A stretch of DNA of 64,000 nucleotides from an uncultured delta proteobacterium. GTDB taxonomy: Bacteria > Desulfobacterota > Binatia > UBA9968. The notes beneath the pieces were generated by a model, which ran no database searches, was not told the origin of the DNA, and saw only the letters and a list, made by a program, of their open reading frames with translations. Shown here piece after piece: positions 32,211-43,286 of this stretch (the stretch's first letter is position 1; each line of letters starts with the position of its first letter). The translations under genes and the position numbers were made by a program. The DNA lies in the NCBI GenBank assembly GCA_963745035.1, contig CAVUVW010000021.1, positions 32,001 to 96,000 on the forward strand, given 5' to 3'.

Positions 32211-33197
32211 ATGACCACTATGATAAGACCGATTTTGGGGATCATCGCCAGCTGCGCACTCCTCGCCGCCTCATCCGTAGGCGCGCAGAAATATCCCGAC
32301 AAGGTGATTACGATCGTCGTGCCCTTCACCGCCGGCGGTCCGACCGATACTGTGGCTCGCCTGATCGCGCAACCCATGACCAAGATGCTCAAGCAGCAGG
32401 TCATCATCGAGAACGTCGGCGGCGCCGGCGGCACCATCGCGGCGGCCCGGGTGGCGCGAGCGGCGCCGGACGGTTACACGCTGTTGTTGCACCACATCGG
32501 TCATTCCACCGCGCCGAGTCTTTACCGCAAGCTGCCCTACAACTCGATCACCGACTTCGAGCCCATCGGCTTGATCAACGAAGTGCCCATGACCTTGGTC
32601 GCGCGCAAGAGATTTTCCGCCGAAGGATCTTGAAAGAGCTAATCACTTACGTGAAGGCGAACAAGGACAAGGTCACTTACGCCAACGCCGGTATCGGCGC
32701 GGCGTCGCATCTTTGCGGCATGCTGTTCATGACCGCGATGCAGACCGATCTCACCACGGTGCCGTACAAAGGAACCGCGGATGTCATGAAGGATCTGCTC
32801 GGCGGCCAGGTTGACTTTAGCTGCGACCAGACGACCAACACCACCAGCCAGATCAAAGCGGACAAAGTAAAAGTGTACGGCGTGACTACCCTCAAGCGGC
32901 TGGCTTCATTGCCGAAAATTCCGACTCTCGATGAAGCGGGGCTTAAGGGCTTTGAAGTGACGCGTTTGGCACGCGCTGTACGCGCCGAAAAGCACGCCCA
33001 AGCCGGTGATCGATACTTTGACTAAAGCGCTGCAGGTCGCGCTTAAGGATGAAAACGTCAAGCAGCGCTTCGCCGATCTCGGCACCGAGCCGGTGGCGGA
33101 GAAGCGCGCGACACCGGAGGCGCTGCGCGCGCATCTAAAAGCCGAGATCGATAAGTGGGCGCCGATCATCAAGAAGGCGGGCGTGTATGCCGATTAA
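32211..33197 (+). CDS. tctC: Tripartite tricarboxylate transporter binding protein (Bug/TctC); indels near 32610, 32630, 32963
   Basis: VPFTAGGPTD, ENVGGAGG, PDGYTLL, VPYKG. Confidence 0.9.
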
Positions 33198-33217
33198 TGG
33201 CTATGTTCGCTTGAGTG

Positions 33218-33250
33218 AAAAAAGGCCGGGTATTTTCCGGCCTTTTTTTT
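33218..33250 (+). terminator. Intrinsic terminator after tctC
   Basis: AAAAAAGGCCGG...CCGGCCTTTTTTTT. Confidence 0.85.
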
Positions 33251-33311
33251 GACGATTGGTTGGTGTACAAGGCGCGCTGAATCAACGTCATGCGGTCGAG
33301 AAAGCTGACAA

Positions 33312-33767
33312 ATGATTCGTAGTACAAAGGACTTCTGGAGCGGCGCGCTTTATATTTTTTTCGGGTCGATGCGCGATTATTATCGGGCGCGATTATGGCA
33401 TGGGCACGGCGCTCAAGATGGGTCCGGCTTATTTTCCGTCCCTGCTTGGCTGCTCTGCTGATCTTGGTCGGCGCCATTTCGGTGATTCGTTCGTTCTTTG
33501 TCAACGGCACGCCGATCGGGGGTTTTGCCCTCAAACCGCTTGCGTTCGTGGTCGCCTCGGTGATTTTATTCGGCGCTCATCGTTCGCGGCGCCGGCTTGG
33601 CGATCGCACTGCCGTTGCTGGCGATGATCAGCGCGCGCGCCAGCGCCCGATTCCGCTGGGCACCTAGCATCGTCATGGCCGCCGGCCTGACGATTTTTTG
33701 CATTTTGGTTTTTCTTAAAGGGCTCGGGGTTCCGTTGCCGCTTATCGGCAGCTGGTTCGGTGGCTAG
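33312..33767 (+). CDS. tctB: TctB small membrane subunit (several indels)
   Basis: MIRSTKDFWSG..., MGTALKMGPAYFP, ends GVPLPLIGSWFGG. Confidence 0.8.
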
Positions 33768-33794
33768 AAACACGCTCGGGAGCGCCATTCGGTA

Positions 33795-35295
33795 ATGGAT
33801 CTATTCGCCAATCTTGCGCTTGGATTATCGACCGCGGCTACGCCCGTCAATTTGCTCTATTGCCTGATTGGTGTGTTTCTCGGCACGGCGATCGGTGTGC
33901 TGCCCGGACTTGGGCCGACGGCGACCATCGCCATGCTGCTGCCGCTGACGTTCGCATTGCCGCCGATCTCCGCGCTCATCATGCTCGCCGGGATTTACTA
34001 CGGCTCGCAGTACGGCGGCTCGACGACTTCGATTCTCGTGAATCTTCCCGGCGAAGCGGCTTCCGTGGTCACGACCCTCGATGGCTATCAGATGGCCAAG
34101 CAGGGTCGCGCCGGTCCGGCGCTTGACGGCCTCGGCGGTGGGGTCATTTTTCGCCGGAACGGTGGCGACGTTTCTGCTCGCTGTCTTTGCGCCGCCGCTC
34201 GCCGACGCGGCGCTCAAGTTCGGGCCGGCGGATTATTTTTCGTTGATGGTGCTTGGTCTGGTGGCCTCCGTCGTGCTCGCGCAGGGATCTTTGCTGCACG
34301 CTTTCGGCATGGTCGTGCTCGGTCTTCTCTTGGGATTGATCGGCACGGACGTAACCTCCGGCGCGCAGCGCTTCACCTTCGGCATTCCGGAGCTGGCCGA
34401 CGGCATCGGCTTCGTCACCGTGGCGATGGGCATGTTCGGCTTGAGTGAAATCATCCGCAATCTGGAAACCGAGTCGGAGCGCTCTGTCGTGATCGCGAAG
34501 ATCACTAGTCTGATGCCGACCAAAGAGGATTGGAAGCGCATGATCGCACCGATTCTGCGCGGCACGGTGATCGGGTCCGCAATGGGGATTTTACCCGGCA
34601 GCGGCTCGATCCTCGGGGCTTTTGCGGCCTACTCGATCGAGAAGAAAATTTCCAAGAACCGGCACCAGTTCGGCAAGGGCGCCATCGAAGGCGTGGCCGC
34701 GCCGGAATCGGCGAACAATGCCGGCGCGCAGACCTCGTTTATTCCGATGCTGACTTTGGGGATTCCATCCAACCCCGTGATGGCGCTCATGGTCGGCGCG
34801 ATGATCATCCAGGGCATCCAGCCGGGCCCGTCGGTGATCACGGAACAGCCGAGGCTTTTCTGGGGCATCATCGCGTCGATGTGGATCGGCAATTTTATGT
34901 TGATCGTGCTCAATCTGCCGTTGATCGGCATGTGGGTGAAGATGATCACGATTCCCTATCAGTTGCTTTATCCGGCGATCCTGGTGTTCTGCGGTATCGG
35001 CGTGTTTAGTCTGAACAACAGCACCTTCGATATTTATCTGATGGCGATCTTCGGCGCGCTCGGTTACTTGTTCGTCAAACTCGGCTGCGAGCCGGCGCCG
35101 ATGCTGCTCGCCTTTATCCTCGGTCCGATGATGGAAGAGTATCTGCGCCGCGCCATGCTGCTGTCGCGCGGCGATCCGTGGGTATTCGTCCGGCGCCCGA
35201 TCAGCGCGACGTTGCTGGCTTTGGCCGTGCTCGCGATGTTATCGGTGCTGCTGCCGTCTTTCAGCAAGACGCGCGAAGAAGCGTTTAAAGAGTGA
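33795..35295 (+). CDS. tctA: TctA large membrane subunit (indel near 34123)
   Basis: [33 protein letters not shown]. Confidence 0.92.
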
Positions 35296-35396
35296 GATCT
35301 CAAGCCGGCGCGCCAGCGACATGGGCAACGCGGGATTCGTCGACGACCATGAGGATACTGAATTGTATCGCTTGTGCCGATCCGGTTGCGGGAGTT

Positions 35397-36463
35397 TTAC
35401 AGTGCGGGGCGATAAAAATTCAGAGCATTGCCGACCGAGGACTGCTTCTTATCTTCTTCGGTGAGATCATCGCGGCCAAGCAGTTCATCGATTTCGTGGC
35501 GGCATTTGGCGGCGTCGAACACTTCATGAGGAAAGTCGCTGCCGAAAAGAAAGACTGACGGCCGCCTTTTGCCACCGCGGTATTGAGTCCATCGTCATCG
35601 CAGTCAAAACCCGCGAAGATCCGCCCCGCGCGAGTTGCTTTTTGAAATATTCGCTCGCCTTCTCGCCCGCTTGGGGCCCGCCGATTAGCTCGCCATCGCA
35701 GGTCGAGTTGCATATGGCCGTCATGATAGGAGCGATCCAGACGATCCATCATGAACGGTACCCATGTGGCGCCGCCTTCGAGAAAGGCGACGCGAAGTTG
35801 GGGAAAGCGATCGAAAACTCCGTGTGCGAGCATGCCCGCGCATTGGATCATCAGGCTGAACGGATGGCCAAGCGCATGCGCCGGATAGTAGGTCGTGAAG
35901 GAATCCAATCCCATATGATGCAAGCTGCCGACGTGAACGGCGAGAGCACAGCCGAGCTTCGCGGCTTCTTCGTAGAGCGGCCAGTAGATTTTGTTTCCCC
36001 AATGGCCCTGAATGGCTTCGCCGTTCGACGGCAGCATGCCGCCGAGCATGCCAAGCTCTCTAATCGCGCGGCGCAGCTCGATCACTGCGGCGTCAATGTC
36101 TTGAAAGGGAATAAGCGCGACGCCTTTCAGGCGGGCGTTGCTGCCGACAAACTTATCGTGCAGCCAATTGTTATAGGCTTGGCACGCGATTACTGCCCAG
36201 TCGGGCGCCATGATTCTGCCCACCGCGAGGCCGGCCGTCGGATAGAGCACCGTCCAAGCTATCCCAGTCTCATCGAGAAAGCGGTTCCACTCCTCTGGCG
36301 ACGGATTGCCGGTAGCGCGCCGATGTTGCTTCAAGTAGCGAAAATGCAGATGATCAAACTCCGGGAAGAGCCGGGCCATCTGATTGCCCTTCGGCATGTA
36401 GCGTGCGATCTCGTCACCGCATGCGTGATCGTTGATATGTCCGTCCGCGTCGATAATTTCCAC
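35397..36463 (-). CDS. Amidohydrolase_2 family protein (several indels in the 3' part)
   Basis: GGAGGG RBS, GTG start, IIDADGHI, AYNNWL, GVFDRFPQLRVAFLEGG. Confidence 0.85.
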
Positions 36464-36634
36464 AGCCGTTGCCCTCCAAAATTCATAGAGATTCTTTTCG
36501 GTCGCGGGCTTTCTCGAGTGGTAATACAGCAGGGCGGCGCGCGTCAACAAGGATATCCTACGAAAGATCGCTCGAGGAAGGAAGAGGAGGAAAGACGCGT
36601 ATCGCCTACAAGGCGCGGATGCCAACCGCCGCAT

Positions 36635-36673
36635 AAACGAAAACGGCTCGCCGGCGTTATATCGGCGAGCCGT
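36635..36673 (-). terminator. Intrinsic terminator
   Basis: ACGGCTCGCCG / CGGCGAGCCGT 11-bp stem followed by TTTCGTTT on the minus strand. Confidence 0.75.
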
Positions 36674-36776
36674 GGTCTAAAAGGTCATCCGTCTTATCGG
36701 CTTGCCACCCCTCGGTTCACGACATGGCGATGTGTCCGGAATATGCCGAAATGCTTCTGACGGCTGGTCCTGCCGA

Positions 36777-36792
36777 AGCAGCAAACGTGCCA
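36777..36792 (-). promoter_or_regulatory. sigma54 -24/-12 promoter
   Basis: TGGCACGTTTGCTGCT. Confidence 0.7.
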
Positions 36793-36839
36793 GCACGGCT
36801 TGAGTGAGGTGACCCGATGATCAAGAACTGGCGTAGCAT

Positions 36840-37184
36840 TCAGCTCCCATAGTCTCTTTTAACCTGCTCGGGGCTTATGAACCAGGTCCCCGTGCAACTG
36901 CGCCGTGCGGTTTCACCAATCTCTTTCCCATTGGTGCCGCCGTCATAGTGGCCGGGCACCCCGAGAGTTGTCGTGTAAAAAACCGCTGCGCCGACCTGGG
37001 TTCCGGCGCATGTCGCTAGTTTAACGGGCACGTGGAGTATCGAAAGCAGCACGCTACCCAAGACAAATACGCCGTTGTCCTCTTGCGCAGAAGATTGTGC
37101 CCGCACGGCCGTCGGCGCGGCCAAAATAACCATTGCCAGGATGATTGCCGAGATTCCCGAAACCAGTCGATGGCTCATTTTCAT
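36840..37184 (-). CDS. Small exported or membrane hypothetical protein with two Cys
   Basis: AAGGA RBS, signal peptide ending VRA, hydrophobic segment. Confidence 0.75.
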   Translation of the reverse strand: MKMSHRLVSGISAIILAMVILAAPTAVRAQSSAQEDNGVFVLGSVLLSILHVPVKLATCAGTQVGAAVFYTTTLGVPGHYDGGTNGKEIGETARRSCTGTWFISPEQVKRDYGS

Positions 37185-37398
37185 ATCCTTTCTTGAATCA
37201 TTCTGTTAGTCGAGCGCTATTTGGATGGGGAACGACTATTAAGTCAAGGCTACCATTTCCTGGGTCATGGTTTACTGGGCGTAAGATCTGCCACGTTGTG
37301 AAAGATGACGGTTCGGCGATTGGTTGTTGATTCCGAACATTGGCAAGAATTGCCGACATGAATGTGCACATCTGCTTAGCGCTGCCCTGCCTATTCGC

Positions 37399-38754
37399 CT
37401 ATGCGCTAGAATTGCCACTGTGAACCAGCGGGGCAAGCTCTTCAGCTGGGGTTTGACCGATGACGAGCGCGGGTTTGCCCACGGCAGGCAAGGGTCGCAG
37501 CAGAAACTTTGTCATCGCATCGGCGGGTATGGGCCGGCAAAAGTAGTATCCCTGACCTTCGTCGCACTGAAATGCGGTGAGCATCTTTCTCGCGGTGGCC
37601 GTTTCGACTCCCTCCGCGACTACTTTCAAATCGAGATTGTGGCCGAGATCGATGATCGACTTTACGATTACCGAGCTGTCCCGATCGGTCTCAATATTTT
37701 GCACAAACGATTTGTCAATTTTTATGCACGAGACGGGGAGTTTCGTAAGATACGCGAAGGATGAGTATCCAGTGCCGAAATCGTCGATAGCGAAGCGCAC
37801 ACCAAGTTGACGAATCTGATTGAGCGTGCGAATGACCCGCTGCGGGTCGCTCATGATGCTCGTCTCAGTGATTTCCAGTTCCAGGTTTTTCGGCGACACT
37901 CCTGTATCTCGCAATAGCGCTTCGATCTGTTCAGGAAGCTCCTGGGCTTCGAGGTTCCACATCGTCAGGTTGACCGCGACGGCGACGTTCAATCCCATGT
38001 TGTTCCATTGCCGGCATTGCAGCAGCGCCTGTTGAAGAACCCAAAGGGTCAATGGGATGATCAAACCTGTGCGTTCGGCAATCGGGATGAACTGGTCCGG
38101 TACGATGATGCCGTGCTCGGGATGCTGCCAACGAAGCAAGACCTCAAGGCCGGTGATGGGTCCTTTTGAAAGATGCACCTTCGGTTGGAAGGTGAGGAAC
38201 AATTGATCCGTAATAATCGCGTGGCGGAGCTCGCTCATCCATTGCCGTCCGCTGAAAAGACTACGCGAGCGGGCGGAGTACACTGAGTGGGGCTTCTTGT
38301 TCCCCAGGGTTGCGGCGAGCTCAACTTCCGCATGTTCTATCAAGCTTTCGGCGCTGTCGCCGTTTTCCGGAAACAGGGCGCTGCCGATCCGTGGCTCAAG
38401 GGCTATAGGCGCATCGTTGATCTGCACGGGCTCGTCCAGCCTGGTCAATAAACGATTGATTACCAAATCCAGGTCCTGCGGGCCCTGCACGGACTGCAGG
38501 AGTACGGCCAAATGGCCGTTGTCTAGGCGAGCGACTGAATCTGACTCGCGTAGGCCACCTTTAAGGCGCATCAGGATACTATTGTGAAATGCCGGCAAGT
38601 CTTTTTCGGCGAGGCGCGAGCTGTTCATCGAGCTTTCAAAGGAAAAAATCAATACTGCTACTTGTGGCAGGTTGTTCTTGGCTGAGCGAATGGCTTGACG
38701 CACCCGCACTTCGAATTCCGAATTGCTGGCACCCGGCACAGGATTATTTTCCAT
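37399..38754 (-). CDS. Degenerate-GGDEF + EAL c-di-GMP phosphodiesterase
   Basis: GGDEF site reads DNGHL; EVLLRW, IDDFGTGYSS, KIDKSF, AEGVE, QGYYF. Confidence 0.92.
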   Translation of the reverse strand: MENNPVPGASNSEFEVRVRQAIRSAKNNLPQVAVLIFSFESSMNSSRLAEKDLPAFHNSILMRLKGGLRESDSVARLDNGHLAVLLQSVQGPQDLDLVINRLLTRLDEPVQINDAPIALEPRIGSALFPENGDSAESLIEHAEVELAATLGNKKPHSVYSARSRSLFSGRQWMSELRHAIITDQLFLTFQPKVHLSKGPITGLEVLLRWQHPEHGIIVPDQFIPIAERTGLIIPLTLWVLQQALLQCRQWNNMGLNVAVAVNLTMWNLEAQELPEQIEALLRDTGVSPKNLELEITETSIMSDPQRVIRTLNQIRQLGVRFAIDDFGTGYSSFAYLTKLPVSCIKIDKSFVQNIETDRDSSVIVKSIIDLGHNLDLKVVAEGVETATARKMLTAFQCDEGQGYYFCRPIPADAMTKFLLRPLPAVGKPALVIGQTPAEELAPLVHSGNSSA

Positions 38755-38860
38755 CTTTGGCTCGTTGGAAGCCGGCGTAAAGATCGCGGTATTATCGCAA
38801 ATTTGGGTTCAGGAGCAGGCGCAGGTTACGCCGGGACTCTGATCCCTCGATGCGGAAGCG

Positions 38861-38876
38861 AGCAATGGCTATGCCA
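38861..38876 (-). promoter_or_regulatory. sigma54 -24/-12 promoter of the EAL gene
   Basis: TGGCATAGCCATTGCT. Confidence 0.75.
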
Positions 38877-39114
38877 TCGATCAAAGTAGCGCTTGCGGGT
38901 ACTTAGTGCTCTCGGTAGCACCTCTGTGGAGGCATTGAAGGGCGAAAACGACAAAGCACGACGACAGATTTGTCTGGGAGACGATACTTGTTTCCGGTAT
39001 TCGCCCCATGAGCCTAACGTTTCCTCGCGGACTATATTATTTTATATGTGGGGCACACGGCCGTATCTTCCATTATGCAGAAAGTAACGGCAAGGGAATC
39101 GGCGTCCGAAGATG

Positions 39115-40689
39115 TCATCTTTTCGCCAAGGAGACGAGCGGGTACTTTTCCAGAAGCGGGGCATGCGCAGGAATCTTCTTTAGAAAAATCGTTGCGACGC
39201 GGTCCGAATAGATCGCCTGCCAGTCCCTTTGTTCTTGCAGCGCGGCGCTCAGCGGCGATTCGGTATCGAACAATACCCAAGTAATATTGTACTTTTCGAA
39301 AACGTCTTTCCAGCCTGGCAGGGCGTTGGCAGCGCGAAGATAGGGGCTGCCAAATTTTTCACCGTACATATCGGAGCGTCCGTCCATGAAAACGCGATAC
39401 GTTGGCCAAGCGGCGAAAATCAAATAATCGCCAAATTCATCGTTGTTGAACATGTTTCCAGTGATCTGTTCTTTCTTCAAAAATTCTACGGCCGCCACCG
39501 GGAATTTTTTGTCGCTGAAGCGGTAGTCCATGGCACCCGCGACCCATAGACAGAGAATTAATGACATGCCAGCGATGGGCCAAAAGTAGCCTCTTACGCT
39601 GCCGTCGATGCTCCTCAAGTTCTCGGTGCGTTTTCGATAGGCCCGCAGGAAGCGAGCCTCAGCTTGATTCAAGATGCTTTCCAGATTTTTCAGCAGTATC
39701 GGAGCGACAATAATCGCAAAGAGTGAAACATGGCGCGCCGAGTAAAGCGCCATGTAGGAAAGCAACAACACCAACGTGGTTTCGATAAGATCGAGAGCGG
39801 AGCGTGATAATGCGAGAGATCCGATCGTGGCAAGCAACATGTATTTGAACGGCAGTGGCTCATGAAAATTTGGCGATAAAAACTCGATGACTCGATCAAC
39901 AATAAAGCGGTCGGAGGTGATTCGAATGGGAAACCAAAGAATTTCTATCCCGTATGGATTCATCAGGCAGGCTACGAGGGCCGCACCTAACACCAACGAG
40001 AGTGTTCTGATCTTACGGATATGCTCTTGAGCCTTCACGCCGCGGCTGGTGAGCGCGTAGAAAACGTTCCCGCCCAAATAAATCGCCAATAGAATGAGCC
40101 CCATGAAGAAACCGCCGTGGAGATTGACCCAGAGAAGCATGAGAAACGGCAAGCAGGTCAGCCTGGTTTCATTTTTACGCTGAAATCGGTCGAGCAAATG
40201 GCACCAAATGACAACAAACAGCAACGAAAAAACGTGAGGGCGAGCCAACCAATGGATCGACGAAGAAACGGTCGCGATCAAAGTAACTATTAAGCAAAGA
40301 AAAACATCGTTGGATCTTTGCCGCAGCGACTGATAAAGGAACCAGTGAGTTAGGGCGAGTAGAAAAGCAAAGAAAAGGACGACTCCGGTCAATCCAAACA
40401 CCTTAAAACAAGCCGCCATGATCACTTCCGATAGCCATTCGTGTGCTGTCCACTTAAGCGGCGGATGGTGGAGTGAGTAGGGGTCCTGAGTTGGGACTTG
40501 CCAAGTCTTTAAAATGATTTCTCCGGTTCGGATGTGATAGCCGGTATCGCCGTCGCCCAGCAAACCCTCCGCGGCGTTGAGTCCAAGAACAAAGAGTAGC
40601 GAGACAAAAACTATGTTGCCGATGGACGGCAGCAGGACGGCCGAAACGCGGCTAGCATTGCGTGAGGCGGTGGGAGCGTCCGTTATCAT
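39115..40689 (-). CDS. Polytopic membrane protein, GT-C glycosyltransferase-like
   Basis: Acidic motif GDGDTGYH in the loop after TM1, HEWLSE, WVNLHGGF, many TMs, soluble C-terminal domain (VFMDGR). Confidence 0.7.
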   Translation of the reverse strand: MITDAPTASRNASRVSAVLLPSIGNIVFVSLLFVLGLNAAEGLLGDGDTGYHIRTGEIILKTWQVPTQDPYSLHHPPLKWTAHEWLSEVIMAACFKVFGLTGVVLFFAFLLALTHWFLYQSLRQRSNDVFLCLIVTLIATVSSSIHWLARPHVFSLLFVVIWCHLLDRFQRKNETRLTCLPFLMLLWVNLHGGFFMGLILLAIYLGGNVFYALTSRGVKAQEHIRKIRTLSLVLGAALVACLMNPYGIEILWFPIRITSDRFIVDRVIEFLSPNFHEPLPFKYMLLATIGSLALSRSALDLIETTLVLLLSYMALYSARHVSLFAIIVAPILLKNLESILNQAEARFLRAYRKRTENLRSIDGSVRGYFWPIAGMSLILCLWVAGAMDYRFSDKKFPVAAVEFLKKEQITGNMFNNDEFGDYLIFAAWPTYRVFMDGRSDMYGEKFGSPYLRAANALPGWKDVFEKYNITWVLFDTESPLSAALQEQRDWQAIYSDRVATIFLKKIPAHAPLLEKYPLVSLAKR

Positions 40690-40762
40690 TGATCATGAAA
40701 GTTTCAGCCGAACTCGGCATAGCTAGGGCGCTTTCGCGCCGTGACAGGAACGAAATCGTGTA

Positions 40763-41929
40763 TTACGCGGCCTTTTGTTGCCGTGCCTCTGGCTGTGAGG
40801 GCATTGTTCGCTGTGTAGCGGTGTTGACGCGCAACCAAGTCCACCAGTGCAGCCAACGAGCACGCGACTTCGGGTTCTCGTAATAGCGCGGCAGGACGAT
40901 GCGAAAGGTAGAGCCCTTGCCCAGCTCGCTTTGTACACTGATCGTGCCACCGATCTGTTCCAGGTGCTTCTTGACGATACTAAGACCCAGGCCGATGCCG
41001 CCGCGCGAGTTTTCAGTGGAAGTTTTGTGCACCTGCATGAACGGCTCGAAAATGCTCGCCAGATGGTTTTCCGAAATGCCCATGCCGCTGTCTTCGACCT
41101 CGATCATGATTGCCTTGTTGGAAAATTTTCCCGTGCGCACGCACACAGATCCGCGGTCGGTATACTTCACCGCGTTCTGCAACAGATTGCTGATTACTTC
41201 CTTCAAACGGCTGGCGTCGCTATGAACGAGAATGGACTCCCTGTGAATCTCCCATCGGAGGTCGAGGCCTTTTTGCCGGCAAAGAAATTCAAATGTATCC
41301 TTCAAGTCAGCCAGAACCTTTGCCAAATTCAGATCTTCAACCCTGATGGGCTGTTTGCCCGCCTCCAAACGCGAATAAATGAGGATTTGGTCGATCATAT
41401 TCTTCAGGTGGGTGGATTGCTTAGCGACTACTTGAAGAATTTCCAGGTGTTTCGTTTCAATTTCGCCGTAAAGCCCGTCGGTGATGCATTCAATGTACCC
41501 AATGATGACGGCCAGCGGGGTGCGGAGCTCGTGAGAAACCTGATTTAAAAATTCCGATTTTAGTTTCGCAAGATTCTCGGCCTTTTCCTTCTCCTGCTTT
41601 AGAAGCTCGAGCTGCGCGTCGGTTTTGCTTTTGGAAGACGAGGCACTGCCGATCGCCAATCCCATCATCAAGATCCCGAATCCCGCGATTGCGCCGTAAA
41701 CAAAGAGCTCCTTGTTTTTCGCTATGGAATCACGCAGGGAATCAAGGCGTTCGGCAATTTGTTCTTCGGTGCGTGAGGACTTCTTTGCCGGTTGCGAAGA
41801 ACTCGGCTGAGCAGCTTGGAGTGCTGATCTCCAGACAGCGTGACTCTTGATCGGAAATGCGAAGATCCCAGAGGCTAGCGCCATGCAGACGAAAGCCGCG
41901 ATTATTACATATCGCTTCGGGATCTCCAT
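40763..41929 (-). CDS. Membrane sensor histidine kinase
   Basis: SHELRTPL, NLLQNAVKYT, DSGMGI, GIGLGL; two hydrophobic segments. Confidence 0.95.
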   Translation of the reverse strand: MEIPKRYVIIAAFVCMALASGIFAFPIKSHAVWRSALQAAQPSSSQPAKKSSRTEEQIAERLDSLRDSIAKNKELFVYGAIAGFGILMMGLAIGSASSSKSKTDAQLELLKQEKEKAENLAKLKSEFLNQVSHELRTPLAVIIGYIECITDGLYGEIETKHLEILQVVAKQSTHLKNMIDQILIYSRLEAGKQPIRVEDLNLAKVLADLKDTFEFLCRQKGLDLRWEIHRESILVHSDASRLKEVISNLLQNAVKYTDRGSVCVRTGKFSNKAIMIEVEDSGMGISENHLASIFEPFMQVHKTSTENSRGGIGLGLSIVKKHLEQIGGTISVQSELGKGSTFRIVLPRYYENPKSRARWLHWWTWLRVNTATQRTMPSQPEARQQKAA

Positions 41930-42888
41930 CAGTGGGGCGCGGATGGTGGCTGCGATGCGCTAGTTTTTTTTTCCGGTTGCCAAATCTCAATCCGATCCTT
42001 GCCGGAGTTTTTCGCTAGATACAGCGCTCTGTCGGCATCGTCGACCAGTTCTCGCCAATCGGAGTAGAAACGGACCGATGTGGAGCTCACGCCGACGCTT
42101 ACTGTGAGGGCGAAAGGTCGGACTATCGTGCCAAACGAACACATCCGAACCGATTCGTGGATCTTGCTTGCAACCTGTAAAGCGTTGTCTTGGTCTGTCT
42201 CGGGCAAAATCAGAACGAATTCTTCGCCCCCATAGCGAGAGGGGAAATCGCTTTGGCGAGTTTTCTCGCGCAAAGTTTCGGATATTTTGACGAGAGCCGC
42301 ATCGCCGCCGTGATGGCCATAGGTGTCATTGATCATCTTGAAATTGTCAATGTCTAAAATCAGCACCGATAACGGGTTGTGGTAGCGCTTGGAGCGTTCG
42401 AACTCTTCGTTGATCTTTTTCTCAAAAGCGCGTCTATTGAAAAGTCCGGTGAGTGAATCTACTTGAGTTTGGTATTCAAGGTGCTGCTGGTATTGAACAA
42501 CGCGAGAACCTACTCGAATTCGCGCCAGTAGTTCGGAAAAGGAAAATGGCTTTGTGATATAGTCATCGGCGCCTAAATCCAGACCTCGTACACGGTCGCC
42601 TTCCTGTATTCTTGCCGTAATGAGAATCAAATAGATGCTCTTCAAAGCTGAATTGCTACGCACGCGCTTGATCAGTTCGAATCCGTCCATCTTCGGCATC
42701 ATGATATCCGAGAGCGCGATCTGAACGTTTTCCTTCTCGAGCTTCTCTAGCGCTTCCATGCCATTGGCGGCCGTAATGACGCGATATCCCTCGCGTTGCA
42801 ACACGATCGCCAATAAATCCCGCTGATCGGGGTGATCTTCGATGACGAGAACCGTCAGCGAGGTGCTATCCCTGTGCTCGTTGCTCAT
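41929..42888 (-). CDS. REC-GGDEF diguanylate cyclase (WspR/PleD-like)
   Basis: REC (IEDH, SDIMMP, ITKP), RQSD I-site, RYGGEEF; TGATG overlap with the kinase. Confidence 0.95.
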   Translation of the reverse strand: MSNEHRDSTSLTVLVIEDHPDQRDLLAIVLQREGYRVITAANGMEALEKLEKENVQIALSDIMMPKMDGFELIKRVRSNSALKSIYLILITARIQEGDRVRGLDLGADDYITKPFSFSELLARIRVGSRVVQYQQHLEYQTQVDSLTGLFNRRAFEKKINEEFERSKRYHNPLSVLILDIDNFKMINDTYGHHGGDAALVKISETLREKTRQSDFPSRYGGEEFVLILPETDQDNALQVASKIHESVRMCSFGTIVRPFALTVSVGVSSTSVRFYSDWRELVDDADRALYLAKNSGKDRIEIWQPEKKTSASQPPSAPH

Positions 42889-42980
42889 TTTTTTCCTAAC
42901 CGACCGCGCTCCAGCAGATTTTGCCGGAAACTTTCATCTGACTCTTTGTGGAATTATATTCGGTTCGCGGGCAAGGACAA

Positions 42981-42996
42981 CGCAAAACTTGTACCT
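42981..42996 (-). promoter_or_regulatory. Putative sigma54 promoter of the cyclase-kinase operon
   Basis: AGGTACAAGTTTTGCG (GG-N10-GC). Confidence 0.5.
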
Positions 42997-43286
42997 TGAT
43001 GGCTAGCTAGCGTGGCCGTGTGGTTAGGATTGTATGGTTTCCGATTTTGAGCCTCATCGTGATATCCCTTCAAAACCAAACAAGATCAGCCCGATGCTCA
43101 AGGCAACGGGGATCTGTATAAATCGGATAAACTGTTTGCTTGTTCGGCTCCAAGCCGTGGTAGTGCGGCCTCCAACTGTGCGTTTGTGACAGTAAATTCG
43201 GCTGGGCTGTCAGTTTTGTCAAGCCGAAAAGCATATCTAGCTTCATTCAAATCCGTAGTTCCGTGAAATTCCAGGATTCTCAAGAA

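Noticed and set aside
41929-42888. Hypr-type cGAMP synthase
   Set aside because: The specificity position in NDTYGHHGGD is Asp, the c-di-GMP type, not Ser/Thr.
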